Positions 26,099 through 41,100 are shown, numbered from the whole stretch's first letter. The stretch: 62,178 nucleotides of DNA, filler included, from Choristocarpus tenellus KU-1152 (GCA_964200185.2; 10 parts of 10 records of this genome joined end to end with filler, not necessarily neighbours in it); one strand, 5' to 3'. Numbers and translations are program-made. The notes: generated by a model from the sequence alone, not told the origin.

Positions 26099-26660
26099 AG
26101 TCCTCTTCGGGGGGGATGCAGAGGGCACAACTCCCTCAAATTGGGACATTTGGCACATTTACACTGAACTTGGTGAAATGCTCTAGCACACACGGTTTCT
26201 GCGCAGTAGTCCCTCAAAAACAGGACTAAGCACATGGGCTGGCCCACAATGCAGAACGATACCCAAAAAATATTATTCCCAACCCAGCAATTGCATAAAC
26301 CAAACAATATAAGAAAATTGAACACAAGGGGTTTTGGAATGGGGTGGGGAGAGTACTACCTTAAACACCACCTCCAGTGCCCCTTAAATCAGCGGGTCCA
26401 TACTCCCCCCTCCCCATTCCAAACCCCCTTGTGCCCAACTTTCTTATATTGTTTGGTTTATGCAATTGCTAGGTTGAAATATTATTTTTTGGATGTCATT
26501 AAGCATTGTGGGCCAGCCCGTGTGCTTAGTCCTATACTTCAGGGACTACTGCGCGGAAAATGTGTGCTAGAGCATTTCACCAAGTTCAGTGTAAATGTGC
26601 CAAATGTCCCACTTAGATTGAGGGAGTTGTGCCCTCTGCATCCACCCCACAGTGGACTGG
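26097..26660. mobile_element. Foldback element: ~260-bp inverted arms with a ~45-bp loop
   Basis: CCAGTCC..GGATGCAGAGGGCACAACTCCCTCAA..GGGACATTTGGCACATTTACACTGAACTTGGTGAAATGCTCTAGCACACA is mirrored at the right end, finishing GGACTGG. Confidence 0.85.
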
Positions 26661-28049
26661 GTATCAAGAACAAGTAGTGTCAACAATTGCTAGTGTGCAT
26701 TTTTCGGAGTGGAGTACTACCCTCATAGTCATTTTGTAAAGTGCACCGCAACTCACACCATGGTTGAAACAACCCATGGGTTGTTGCGTTCCTGTGGCTG
26801 AAATCCAGTTTCGATGCTATGCAGACCTCTACAGGAGCTCTAGTATTGTTTTGTTGCACAAAGTATGATAGGCAGACGCATCGTTAACAGGGGAAATAGG
26901 AAGGTTAATATAATGGTTTACGTAGTTGAGGAGTAAACCTTTTCTACAGATACATACTACAAGACACAATACCGTACAGCTCTGTAATGATACAGTTCCT
27001 TGCTCCGTATGACATCTTGCACATTGTATGTAGTGTTGTAGGTGGGAAGATGGTTCATGGTTAAACAGTTGTTACACGTTATGAGATGAGCTTCTACAGA
27101 AGATCCACATGAATCAATCCGCACGTTTTCGCATTTGGCTACAGGGGTGTCGAAAAAGTGGTCGCACCTGTGTCATATCAACTGTTGGGTGGGAGGAAAT
27201 ATTAAATATTATGTCCAGAATCTGAAGGGACAATAATATTCTTCTCTATTTCCCATCTTTTTGAAGTTGAATATTAAACTATAATTGGGCACCTCAAGTG
27301 AGAATGTCTTATTATTACTATTAAAGCAGGGTAAAAACAAAACGTAAACAAACAAAAAATCCTCTACTCCCAAGATAGTCCTTCAACCCTCTAATAATAT
27401 AGAGGTCAGGCCATAATAAATAGATTGGGTGACCCTCCCTGTTCAAATAGGCCGTTGCTCGTTGGTGACTTCCTCCTTTGAATGTTGAATCTCAGCCGTG
27501 CCCCAGAAGTCCAACAACATTTGTAATGTCTTACAAATATTATATTGTTTATCCATTCAGCATATTCATACCTACAATCATCCCTTCAATTGGAACTCAT
27601 ATGGAACAACCCTGTGTTAAAGATGCCTAAACATCCACAAACCTTCATCCTCATATTTACTTTCGAGATTTAGAAAAGGTAAGCATTCACGGGGATCTGG
27701 AAACGCTCAAGGAATGTCCCAAAACATACCAAAATAACAATTTTTGTACTACATGTAATATACTACAATATCTGTCCTAAGAAGTATGTAGAGTACCTCG
27801 CAGCATGAACAACCTCGTTTGATCTACAAGGACTTACTCCCCAAATCCGCTCAATAATTTTGTTAAGCCAAAGAACATGTCAGTAATGCCCGAGCATTTA
27901 CTCTTATTCTTGGTTCAGCAAATCTCCCCTGTTGATTCTAATTGTGTCCAAGTCAGATAACCATCCATATTGCTTCTATTCAAAAAATCTAATTACTTTT
28001 TTTTCTTTCAACAATTCATCAACGTATTACATTTGTCGTTCAAATGACT

Positions 28050-28450
28050 TCAAGTCCAACGCCTTGGTGAGCACACTGGCATGCTGGTTCTTAGTCTTTG
28101 TGTAGATGAAGTGGACTTTGCGTACCTGGATTGCATCACAAACATTCGTGAAGTGATGCTTGATGTCAATGTGGCATGCCCTCTTACTAATGATGGGGTT
28201 GTTTGCCAGTTTGATCGCTCCTTGAATTGTTCTCCGTGATGGGGATGGAGTAGTAGTCCCTCCATTTAGGCATGACGAAGTGTTGTATCAGGCGCAAGAA
28301 CATAACCTTCTTCATATCCTCCGCCAGGCCAAACATAACTCCGACTCTGAAGAGGCTACACCTATCACCTCCCAGGTTTTTGACAACCAACTGATAGCTG
28401 CTCCTCCAAGCAGTACCACTCCCCTGACACTGATCGATAATTTGGCTCTT
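28050..28450 (-). mobile_element. Ty1/copia RNase H relic
   Basis: SVRGVVLLGGAAISWLSKT..VASSESE, then (frameshifted) IKLANNPIISKRACHIDIKHHF. These are copia RNase H motifs. Confidence 0.85.
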
Positions 28451-31176
28451 GATCGAGGAAAAAACGCAGAATGAAATGCGAGGGGTGACTGGTCTCGCAC
28501 AATTACCAGATAATTCGTACTGTGAACAGAAATAATTTTCGACAACGATTGAATAGTGCAGAGAACAATTTCAATCAATCCCATTCAACTGTTGGCGCAC
28601 AGGTCGACTTGTGCAAAATACACACGCCGGCTGTCGAGTGGAGCATAGTGCCGTGAGGTAACAACTCAAAAGGCTCTGCAGGTCTCGGCAGGTAGATCTG
28701 AAGGTATGAACAGTGAAATTTGTGATGGGTTGTGGATAATGACACCTTGTAACAAATATATGGTTCTGAGACCTCTGACACAATCAGGTTCAGTAGTCAC
28801 ATGTTCTGGTTTTATCTGGTTTTGATGTCATAAAACATCAAATATTCATTATACAAACCTTTTCAGCTCGTTTACTCGGTTATTCCGAATAACTGAGCTA
28901 AAGCCGATTTAATGTGGCATTAATGGAACCGCCACTAGTACTCATCTCTGTAGCAGCCCTGCCTTCTTCTGTTGGTGAAGGATAAAATGGGTAAGTTCTG
29001 TCCACACTATACAAAAAATGAATGTGCGTGGGTATGGGTGAAGGACACTGGCCAAGAGTCACTGACTGATCGATTTGCTCACTCCTCCTATTAATAGTAG
29101 TTGTTAAATAGTGCACAAATATGTATGTATGTATATGTACGGATCGGAGATGCCATCTCAGTTGGTCTTAGTTGTAGAAATCGTGATGACGTGACCCTGT
29201 TCTGATTTATTTTGTGTTTGTAGGGCAAGTGAAAGACATTTTTTCACCATTACCTTTCGCCTCTCCTCACAAATGTCTATTTATTAACTTTCCTTTTTCA
29301 TCTTCTTGTTGTCCAAGGAGCTTTTCATTCCTCCCTTTTATTCCTGCCTATGTTTGTATGTTCGATCCTGTTCAGTCTGTTGTTTGTAGCACTCCTTGGC
29401 AGGCATCCTCTTTCCTCGAGCATTGTTGGATAGTAGTTTGCCCTATCTTTAATAGCCAGGTCCACCACCAGTAAAGTCTTGTCGCTGTTTGTCAGTGTAG
29501 GTAATGTTGGTAGTAAGTAGTGTAGAATATATTGCTTTTGGCTCCCCAGTAATGTACAGACACCCTGTCTGTCCCGGTTTGCAGAGAAAGTGCAGGGGGT
29601 GGTGGTATTGTGTTTCTACATCATGTCGTTTGTGGGGAGGAACCAGTCTTCTTATTGGTGCGCGTCTCGCGATTCACATGTCTCGCAGTTAGTAATAACA
29701 ACAGTGCCTTAAGTGGAAAGCATGTTTATCTTTTATCATACCGTTATTGCCGTATGCCATATACCGTTATACCGTGNNNNNNNNNNNNNNNNNNNNNNNN
29801 NNNNNNNNNNNNNNNNNNNNTTAATTAATTAANNNNNNNNNNNNNNNNNNNNNNNNNNNNNNNNNNNNNNNNNNNNAAGGTGTTTGCACCAAAAAAATCG
29901 GGGGGGTTGGGGGGGGGGGGAAGTAGTAAGTGCTAAAAATCCCTCCGTAGTACTAACACACTCGTCACTATTATCATATCATTTGTAATAAAATAGCAGG
30001 CATGGTTTCATATTTCTGCTTGGATCCAGCAGTCTATGCCAGTCCCTAATAGTAAAAACATATTAAGTACCATGTTGTGGAGCACATTTCTCATCAGGTA
30101 CATTCTTCTAGAAAGAAAATAATAAAATTTATAATATGCATATTGTTATTGAGTGTAGCTGTGGTTATGCTCAACCTCCTTCCATAAAGACAATCACCCA
30201 GCCAAAATGATCATTAATCCTGCCAAGGAAGTAATCCCACTCTTTTCTTTTTGCATGCCACCTCCCCTACTTTCACACTCATACATCTTGCTCACTCATC
30301 TAAGTGACTTACTTAGTGCACATGAGGTCAGCTCTACTCATCACATCAATTCAAAGAGATTATATATCAATGGCAGCAACACACTGGGGAGAGTGATCAA
30401 TGGGCAATTATGTTCCATAAACACCTAAGTTGTATGCATTACCTCCATTGTGTTCGTACCTCAACATTATCAATAAAAATATTGTACTCTTACTCTTGAA
30501 CTAGTTGATAATATTGACTATGAACCTTTGCTGTTGCAGACTCTGTATTCCGTACATACACACCATACAATACATCATGCAAACCCTGACTGAAGTGAAC
30601 AAGCCCAGCCATGTAGTCATGCAACATATCCTTTCACAAAAACAATTGCAGCAAGGATCTCCAAAGTAGACTTATGGTGGGCTCCCCAATAGATGAAAGG
30701 CAGCTGCAGGCACTAGATAGTGACAACTTGTATCCTTTTTTTCTAACACAATCACTCCAATCTCGATTGGAAAATCTACCTATGCACAAGCACGACTCTC
30801 AGTGCACATCAAGAGAGACCAAGGACACCACATGCAACCAATGTCTGTCTGCTGCACTGTCTCTTCACCACATTAGCTTGGGCAGCACAGGCACAGGACC
30901 TCACTTGGGTTGACGGTCAGCTCATTCAAGCAACCTTTCCATGTGGTTGCTTCAGTTACCCCTCCCCCTCTGATTTTAGTCACAACCAATCCAGCAGAAA
31001 CGCCTGTCACACACAACACCTGCATGATACTTTTGAATCCTCAATACCTAGCTACCTACATATAAATTAAGACACGTCTCCTCTGACCAAAAAAAGCCTC
31101 TTGCTACTCTAGGATGTTGGAACAACCACATCACTAACAAACTATTATCCCTGAAGCCCTCCATCCCTAAAGGGTA

Positions 31177-33895
31177 TCAAGTTAGCCATAGCTCATGGAC
31201 ATCATCCTGGCCAAATGGCTTGGCACATGCTGGACACTTTCGGTTCCTTGACTGATTGAGGATGTATCAGTGTGAGGACACATGGTATACATTGGCAAGG
31301 CATTAGTAAACTCCTCAAATATGGCAGCTAGAAAAAAAAAAGAATTAAACTATATGTTACAATAGTAAAGCCAATCTGGACACATGAAAGTTTATCACCC
31401 ATAAATGGCAATTACATGAAGCAAAGAATTAACAGTAGTGTAGTTGATTAGTGGTACATGGTAAAGCGCAATGCATCACAAGGCGTGATGAGGATGTGGT
31501 AACAGAAATTAGTAAAGAATAAAAAAAAGGAAGAAGGCAGGTTTAAAAAGACAAGTTCTATTGAAGGGTGGAAAGTTTGACAATTCAACATGAGAAAGAA
31601 CTTGGAGAGCACTGAGTGTTGACCTATGAAGTAAACTTTGCATACAAAGTTTAGAATCTGATAAAACATGAAATTACAAATGGCTTCAAAGAGTTTCAAC
31701 ACAAGTAGCATAAATTAGTACTACAATTAGAGTATTTGCAGAGTACAATACAATAGAATTGATTATCACTTCAATTGCTCATTCAAAGGACAAAAGATGA
31801 CAAGTACAAACAACAGCATACACTCAACTATTGGATAAGGAGCAAAGTCCCACTGAATGAACATTTTTTCTGCTTATCATTATACATCTCAGACTCTGCA
31901 TACACTGGTACTCCTCTTGCACACAACAGTATATTTTCCAGTGTTTCCTGTTTCAAGAACATGAGAGGCAATGAAGAGATGGAGGAGCTCCTCAATACAA
32001 CTTCCACCTTCCCCAGTGAATGCAATCATATCATACCCCTCAACAAGCGCATTCACACTACAATAGTAGTACCTCATCACACATCACATCACCACGACCA
32101 ACCTTGATTGTATCCGCCAAGCACTCTTTGCAGAACAGATGGAAGCACTTGGTGATTACACGATTCTTTCGCCTGTCCTGGCATACAGAGCACTTGAGGA
32201 GCTGTCCCAATCCCATATCCCATTCCATGCACACAGCACATACACCACACAGCAAAAACGAGAGGTTACTTGGCTACAAGAAACAAGGAGGTCAACTTCT
32301 ACAATGGGATCTTGTGCGACATGTAACAAACTTAGAGGCTGACCGGAATTGCTCAAGTTGTGCCAAGCAGACCTCACTATTGCCTCAAACTTGACCTACT
32401 GTCCTGCTTTTGTAAACATGCATGAGGTACAGATGAGGGAAATAATAATAAAATTAATAAATACGGAGGGTACAGCAGTTCAGAAACATGGGAAGGAAAA
32501 GCATTCTCACCTCTTAAAAAAGCATTACTTTTCTTTGGGGTGTGAATTTCGTCAGCATAAAAATGATTAGCCTTACTACTTATCAACTATATATATATAT
32601 GTTTTCATTCCCACAAACCACAAAGTATACAGTGTGGATAGATCTCTAGCAACACTTGCTCTTCCAATACATGACAGTACACTATAAATAAGTAAATCTG
32701 GGGTAGGAATATTTTTTTTCTTGCTTTACTGACTCTATACAAACAGTAATAGTAGTACACCTCCTACACCTACATACTCAACTCTTAGCAAGAATACAGT
32801 AACATAATCTCTTACTATAATTCAAATCTCTACCTGCACAGCTATTAATACTATCTTCAGGGCATAAACCACCTTGCATTCGCCATAACCTCTACCCAGT
32901 CTCAATTCGGTCATCCATTCCAACCTTTCCTTTTGCTCTTCAAAGAGCTGCAGTATACCCGACTCCCATCCAACATATATTTTACATCCCCATAGGACTG
33001 ATGACAAACATTTCCCATCTGTTACCAACTTACAAGGTTTTCACAGTGGTTCCCAAAATCATACTGATACAAAACGTAATCACTCCAATGTGCACTGAAA
33101 CGAGACCCCTGGCAAAGAACACAATGGTGTGATCATTCTTTCATCTTGCTCTCATCATGTTCCACCCCCCACCCAAAGCCTTCCAATTATTGTCAACAAA
33201 AAGGCGTACCTTCTTGATCTCCTTCAGCTCTTCCTCCAAGAATTCGTCTGCACCATTCTTCACCATGGCCCCTGCCGCAGCAACTGCCTGGAGCTTGGCC
33301 GTGTGTGCCTTGGCCTTTTCCAGCCGGCGTGTTAGTGTAGCCAACTGCTCCTTGGCCCTTGCACTCTCCTCCTCAGTCACAGCAGCCTTGTTGGCCAGAT
33401 AATCACAGTGCTCCTTGAGAGCACTGTCCAATACCGAGGACAGTACAAGGTCAAGGGCAAAAGGGGGCAAAGGAATCCCAGAAAAAGGAGGGGGGGAGGG
33501 GGAAACACAACAAGTTGCTTAGCTTTGTCAAATATCTGACGAGTGGATTCCATCCTGACACAATGAACAGCATCACATCAAACCTCTCACTATGCCCCAC
33601 TGCAATTAACAGTTAGCGCCAACATCACCATTCCCCTCCCACCCATTCCACAATCATAGTGATAGCTAACCATTGCCATCACCATGCACCACAGTATCAT
33701 ATGTTATGATGTACCTCGATATACCCATTTTAATGTGTGAAAATCAGCTGCAAATTGTGCTCACTTGTGTGCCTTCTCTGCAGCCTGTTGAGCCTGTGTG
33801 AGGGCATCCACCTCCTGCCTGGCTCTATCCGCATGTGCCTTCTCTGTGTGGCACTCCCTTGTCAGCTCCAAGTTAGCCGACCTCTCCTCCATGAT
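31177..33895 (-). CDS. BRE1: E3 ubiquitin ligase BRE1/RNF20/HUB-like, C-terminal exons (coiled coil + C3HC4 RING)
   Basis: Exons 33895-33765, 33423-33210, 32201-32103 and 31251-31177 (stop TGA) are phase-consistent. RING LKCSVCQDRRKNRVITKCFHLFCKECLADTIK|SRNRKCPACAKPFGQDDVHELWLT* lies at the extreme C-terminus. Confidence 0.9.
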
Positions 33896-34198
33896 CTTCA
33901 TCCACCCAGCCCCATGATGGCAACAAATAAATACCAAAAACAGGCCCATCAGAAAACAGGGGGCAGAGGAAAAAAAGTGTTGAGGTAGCTTCCCTCTGTA
34001 TTTGCAGAAGACCACTTTAGGTTATGTAGCAAACCCACAACCAAATAAAATAGGGAGCATGCCCAAGTATGACACGAAGAAATATAGGCTGTCAATAAAT
34101 ATATGTCATGAACCAAAACTTTTGTCTATTCCCTCCCCCCCCTACCCCCAACGCTCATCACAACACCACTATCACTGCAACCAACTTGCGGGGGGTAC

Positions 34199-34229
<31 letters not shown>

Positions 34230-34389
34230 AACAAAAAACACCCACCCCCCCCCCCAAAAAATAAAACCACCCCACAACCAACTTGGTTTNNNNNNNNNNN
34301 NNNNNNNNNNNNNNNNNNNNNNNNNNNNNNNNNTTAATTAATTAANNNNNNNNNNNNNNNNNNNNNNNNNNNNNNNNNNNNNNNNNNNN

Positions 34390-34742
34390 CAGGTCTCTAC
34401 GATCGTTTTGCAAATGGGTAGTAAGTCAGGTCTCTACGATCGTTTTGCAAATGGGTAGTAAGTCAGGTCTCTACGATCGTTTTGCAAATGGGTAGTAAGT
34501 CAGGTCTCTACGATCGTTTTGCAAATGGGTAGTAAGTCAGGTCTCTGCGATCGTTTTGTAAATGGGTAGTAAGTCAGGTCTCTATGATCGTTTTGCAAAT
34601 GGGTAGTAAGTCAGGTCTCTACGATCGTTTTGCAAATGGGTAGTAAGTCAGGTCTCTACGATCGTTTTGCAAATGGGTAGTAAGTCAGGTCTCTACGATC
34701 GTTTTGCAAATGGGTAGTAAGTCAGATCTCTACAGCCGTTTT
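34390..34742. repeat. Near-perfect tandem repeat, 37-bp unit, ~9.5 copies
   Basis: CAGGTCTCTACGATCGTTTTGCAAATGGGTAGTAAGT starts at 34390, 34427, 34464 and so on. No spacers. Confidence 0.97.
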
Positions 34743-35883
34743 GTGCCACTTTCTGATATTTAGTTGTTTCTGTTCAAGAGATAAGTGCCTGTATATATGT
34801 ATCATATACTATTATTCGATGTAGTAGTTCATTTTAAACATTTGATTTAAACTTTTTACATATATATATACATGTATACGCTTTTTGAGTGAATGAGTTC
34901 GTGAGTAGCTTGAATCAGCTCGGAACTATACTAAGGAGTTAGTTTGTGATCAACTAGGGTAGATGATCTGAGCGTCATTTTTCCGATTTCCATTGCTATT
35001 GGTTCCTAATACTACGGCCTTGACGGAGGTTCAAAATATTCGAGACTGCAAAAGAGATATTATTTGGGGCTGGAATTTTTTTTTTTCCCCTGTCCAGGTT
35101 GATGTGAACGCGTTTGTTTTGGTTCAATTGCAAGCTGGCATGATCAGCTTTTGATCGGGCTAGCGATCGATGTCCAGATCTCTCAACAGTTCAAGTGATT
35201 TTTTGAGGCGGTGCATGCAGTCTGTGAGAACATTTTTGGGGGGATGCGCCATAGTTCTGCTTGAAATTTGCAATCTTAGCTGGACGGGGGGGGCCAAACA
35301 TGCGAGGGGTGCATATACGTGTGTTTTATTTTTTGTGTATGATTGGGACAGTTTGAAGTATTCTTTTCTTTTTGCTACACGTGGTTCAAACTACCCGGCC
35401 CGCCCCCGTTATCGGTTAGGGTTAGGGGTCTTGAGATTGACTCTTGAAGAAGATGTATGTATTGTAGGATGCGTGTTTTGTGTTTTTAACGTGATGAAAC
35501 CTGTATGAAAGTGGGCGATACTTTGTTTGCACTTTTGTTTTGAACAAATGAAATATGAAAACGTTCCGAGGGTGAAATATAACCAACAAAAAAGTTTTTT
35601 CTGTATTTGTACCAGTTTTTGGAAAGAAAAAAAAGGTTTTGGAAGTCAGAGGGTACTCATGGAGTTCCCGTAAGATTTATTTATTTTATTTATTTTTTAT
35701 TGCAGTCGGTATCTCTAGGGACGGTATGGGCCCTCTACTAAGCCAACCCGGTCTGAAAGAGGTGAGATTTTGTTAAAATAGTATCAATAACGGCAGTTGT
35801 TGTTTGAAAGAGTGTTCCTACCGTTGTATACCAGACCCTCACCGATCAAGGAATCCAAACCTGGCCTTGAGTATTTTTTAATC

Positions 35884-38095
35884 ATGTTTGCCTCTGTGTG
35901 TGTAACTCTGAAGGATATTCTCAAGTTGGTGCAGCGAGGAGGTCGGGACCTAACGAAGTTGACGGTTGGGAGTTCCCACACCGCAGGGGCGGGTGTGGGA
36001 AAGTTTCTTCAGGCCCACCCGGGGCTCAAGGTGAGAGGACTTGAGTAGAGGAAGTGTGGCCTGTGAGGGTATGTTAGTGATTACTCCAAGACTCTTGTTA
36101 AGATAATATTATTAAAAGAATGTTCTGGGAAGTGTAAAGAGAGGGAGTGTGATAGAAGGGAAAGGAGAACCACTTCTTTTTTTTTGTACTGGTTTTTGTC
36201 GACATGCTGGGTTAGGGTTAGGGTTAGTTGAGCAACCCCCTAAAGGGCTCATTAAGGGCAACGGGCATAGTGACTTGAGGTGTGATCGGAGATGATACCT
36301 TGTTATTCTTGGTTTAGAACGTTCCCTCTTGGTCCATGCGGAGATGTGAGGGATCATAGGAGGCCCCCCCACTCGTTTTTTGTCACAGACATATAGACAT
36401 CGCCAACACCCCTCACGTGGTGCTTTCATGTGTCCTTCTTCGATCCAGGAATTGGAGGTGGAGTGGGAGGGAGTGCGGGACCTGGCCAATGTGACTTTGT
36501 CCTTGGCTACTCACAAGTCACTCACACGGCTGTGTCTGACTCACAATGAGGTGTGATCTACAAGTGGCTAAAAGGAGGGATGGGTTGGAGGGGAGGGGGG
36601 AATTGGAGTTGAGAGACCGTATATTCTTTTTTTTTGTCTCCAAAGTATTCGCTGTCTCGTACGAGGGATACTGTTTGCATTTTGTTACATATAATGTTGT
36701 GTTTTATTTTGTTATATATGTTGTATGTTTTTTTTGTTATGTATAATGTTATATTGTATATATATTGTGTGTGTTGAGCCCGCTGACACTTTGTAGATAT
36801 TACAGGAGCAATAAAAAGAAACGAATCTGCAAAGACCAGGGGAGGTAAGATGCTTGGTTGTCGCTGTAGTATTACAGAGTACTACAACTTTTTGTATTGC
36901 ATACAGAGTAAGTATCCTTTTTGCATTATTGCAGAGCGAAAACGGAGCATTTTTTTAATCCGTTGTTCCGTTCTTTTTTAATGCATTTTTTAGACGCCCG
37001 AGTCTATTGTACACATGAAGAAATCCTCGTCCTTCCGGGGTTCCAAACCCCTTGTTTCAAGATCTCTCTCTCTCTCTCTCTTCAGGGAAATCCGGTTTGA
37101 TAATCCCAAAGTCCAAGTGGAAAGGAGTACATACATGCAACGTTGCCCCCGGTTAGTAACTGTCCTGTCTAACAAGTAGTACCATCTGTATTTGTGGCAA
37201 AGAAGTACGACAAGCGGACATAGCTTCTTTAGGGACTGGTACTCACCAGGCCGATTGGGGGGTACTGCAGTTCAAGGTTCAATAGAGTAGGTGAAGGGAT
37301 GAGAGGAAGGACGGTGACCCAGTGTGACGGAAATATGACATTATTGTGGTACTGAATGAGAGATAAGTAGTGTGCCTCTGACCGCAGGTCAGGCTGGGCG
37401 AAGAATGTAAGATATACATATATATATATATATATATATTTATTTATTTTTTGGTGGTTGTGTGATGGACGCCTCTCGGAATGGAACAAGAAATGGAACG
37501 TTGCCAATGCCTCCACCAACCTGCGTATCTGAACTAGCCAGCAGCGGTGTCTGGAGGAGGGTACCGCTAATCGCTGCGGACCATGGCGCTTCGAAGATGA
37601 CACCTGTTCGTACAAGGTGTATGTACTATGTGCCCTCTAGGTGTTGAACGTGGAGACGGAAGAGGTTTCAAGTTTGTTTGTTTTTCTGAGACCGACGAAC
37701 GGTTTCGATCTCAATTCCGTGTATGGACCTGATCCAGGCGAGGGTTACAGCCGTGCTGCGCTGTGTGGGCGGGGAGATGCCCTGATTTCGACCAGGACCG
37801 TCAAGAATCTGAATGGACTTTCAGAGCAGGTGGAAGTTCTATGTGTTGAGTGCTCCGGCGAGAGTGTGAACGAGCTCTCTGCCCCTTGAATGTGGTCAAT
37901 CCGAGACTCCTTGTGGAGGTGGTTCCCTCCCCTCTTGGAGCTAGGGCGTCTGCTCAGCATGTGGTGTATTTGGAGCGTGAAGAGCATCGGAGACTGCGAC
38001 TGCACCAAGCAAGCGTTCTCTCATCAACGTCCAAGAGAGGGTTGGAGTTGAGAGGTGGAGTCTGTTCTAGGTACAATGCTGTGGTCCTCTGTTAC

Positions 38096-38127
<32 letters not shown>

Positions 38128-41100
38128 ATAAGCTAGGAGGTTGTCTATTTTGGCCCTATTCCGCCTCACCTGGTGTTGTGCTGTGACCAGAACACGTGCC
38201 TTTGTATGAGTGTGAAGCCGTTGTGTCTGTTTGATTGTATGCAACCACAGTTCTACCTGGACCGATGCTGCTTAGCTGTGCGATCATCACTATATGCGTA
38301 GTAGACCTCCCCATAACGTATACGCGTTGTACTTTTTGCTGTACAGTACCATGGTACATGGTACATCTCGGTCCTACCCCACCTTTCCACATCTTTACTC
38401 TTTTGTGTCAAGGATTACACGCAGGAAGAAGGAAGTATATATGTATGTATATGTATATATATTGTCTTTTTTGCCGAAAGTTGGTGGACGTTGGTGTCAA
38501 ATGGATCACTAACTGGATCACGCCAACATGGTGAGAGGATCAGAATGAGCTACTACTACTGTGGACCTTCCGTGACCAGGGCTTGCAAGTTTGGTGCTAC
38601 AGGCCTCTCATGGGGACAGGGTGTGATTGCTCAAGTTGTAGGTGTTCGATCTTATTGTTGCAAGAACAACAGGCAGGCTCTCCTTCCCTGAAGATGATCT
38701 GCCCCGCCCCTCCATCAGCGTCGGACACACTCCTTCCTTCCTGTGATCGTTCTGACTATGATGAAGGAGGAGGAAGGGATTTGGCCAGAGAACGAGGTAT
38801 GTGTGTTCCTGAATAACAAGTGGGCTAGGCTGGACTGTGCAAGGGGAACAGTGTGCCAAGGGAGGGCCATATCTTGAGAGGAATTTGACAGCGCTTTGCA
38901 TCGGGGCGGGCAGTTAGCTTGTTCACTGTTGGCCATACGGCCGCGGGCCGGTCCGTGGCCTGGCCATCTTGAAACGGTCAATGGTCATGGACTTGGCCAT
39001 GTTCAAACTTGGTTAGACATGGCCAGTGATGGCCATGGACTTGGCCATGTTAGAGCATTTTATCTATGGTCGGTCAGGTAATTTTTGTTACTCTTGGGTC
39101 AGTCACTTTATGGCTGTGCCTCCTATTTTATATTGTACCACTCTTCTTGAATCTTGTATCCTATATTTCAAATTCTACTGTAAGTACTAAATTCATTTTA
39201 TAGAGTGATATTTATCAGCAGCTTTCTCACCATCAGAAGAAACAAGCCTTTGAGTCAAAGTAACCGAGACGTACATCCAGGTTTTGACCGCTTTACATTT
39301 TAAGCCAGTTTTTTTCATATTTTTGTAGTTCGTCAATAATAAATATTATTTTATGTTTTATTTAGAATATTATAGTTGCAAGTTTAATGCAAGTGCATCG
39401 TTGGGTGTGTGGGATGATTTGTAATGTGTGTGCGTGTGAATGTCTCACAATTCACAACTTGTGTAACATCTAGTGAACATGGTTCGGACATGGTTGAAAG
39501 AAATAAAACCAATGGGCGGCCATGGTCTGGACATGCAAGGAAAAGATTAGATTGGCTGGCTGGCCGGTGACCATGGAATTGTACAATACCCTGTAGACAT
39601 GGTCCGGAAATGTCAGAGAATGTATGACCTGGTCCAGTGGACAAGGACGGACATGGACCAGGGCATGTTAAATAATTGTTGGACCAGTGCGGACATGGAC
39701 ATGGATATGGACGGGTTCAATGCCTAGTGGACATGGACTGGGTCGTGTTAAATAATGTGGGACCAGTCTGGCCGGTGGATAGGACTTTTTTAATTTGCTG
39801 GTTCGGTGGAAAGCCCTGATGAATAGACGGGCAGGGGTTGTGGAAGTGTTTCACCAAAGGGGACTGTACCCGCGAAAGAAAAAAAAGGGTGGATGACTCA
39901 AGCTACACTTGTCTGAAGGACATTGCAGGCATAACTTGCCAGCGTACTGCCAACCAACATAAGACAAAGTGCAATGTGTGCCAACCATCCGCTCAATAAT
40001 GTTTGGAAAAATGGTGGGACTCTGGATAGGGCAGAAGGGTGAAGTGGTGTTTCACGGCAGGTACAACTGTCCTCACCTTCACTTCTGGCAATACCTACCT
40101 ACTACTGTCTCACTTCGTTGGATTGTATCAAGAGTATATGTATCACATTTTATCGATAGAACGGTCCGGTACTATTATTGAATATGACAATCAGTAGTGC
40201 ATAATAATGGTATTATGTGGAACCATTCGTGAACATTGACGGAAGGGTTTTCATCAGGGACCAACCAGTCTACATACTCGTGTTTTTTTTATTGGCAAAA
40301 GGTGCACGACCGGCACGATTGGTATCTTTCGAAGTTTTGTAACAGAAACATTCTGATAGCTTTTAAATCTGGGGTTTGGGCGATGGTTTGACATCTTCAA
40401 AGGAAATATTGAGGGTTTTGCATCAGTCCAATGCAAAGAGACCAGGGTGTGGTGTGTGCCGGACTGGTTCCAATATTTTCTGACTTATCTGGACCAGGTC
40501 TACCGAGTATTTGAACTTTCCAGTCTGTGGCCCGGACAAGTTCCAACATTTCCTGACATGTTCGGACCTGGGTCGTTGGAGATATATACGGAACTGGGCC
40601 ACAGACCGACTTGCAGTGACCTAAGAACATAGATGATGTGAAGACATCCTGGTCTGACCTCAATATTGTTACAGGGGTAGAGTCAGAGTGGAAAAAGACA
40701 TAAATATGTATGTATGTAAAAGCATGGCATTCTCAATGCTGTTTGTGCTGATTTGGGAGAAAAATTGAAAAGGCCAACATGACCGAGCTTAAGGAGACCA
40801 GTCCATTAATATATTTTTTTACCCATGGACGTCAACCGTTTCAACATGGATGGGCATCAGGATATTCTAACAGGTCCAATCTGTAGTTGCTGACCACAGT
40901 CATCCCATTAATAAATACCTGGACTGATGAAGCCCTGTGTGTATTTTATACTTCTCGATTTTTTCATTATATTATAAATATGTGTAACATGTATAACATT
41001 GAGGATTTGAGTTAGGAAAACGATGGATGGAAATAGTGGTAAGGGTTTTGTTGTGTTGAAATCGTTTACACTGGTGTGTGAGTTATTGATGCGCAAGCTT

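Noticed and set aside
27139-28000. Tc1/mariner-like end TACAGGGGTGTCGAAAAAGT
   Set aside because: No matching second TIR or convincing transposase motif was found.
34390-34742. CRISPR-like array (37-bp repeats)
   Set aside because: The repeats are head-to-tail with no unique spacers, there are no cas genes, and the context is eukaryotic.
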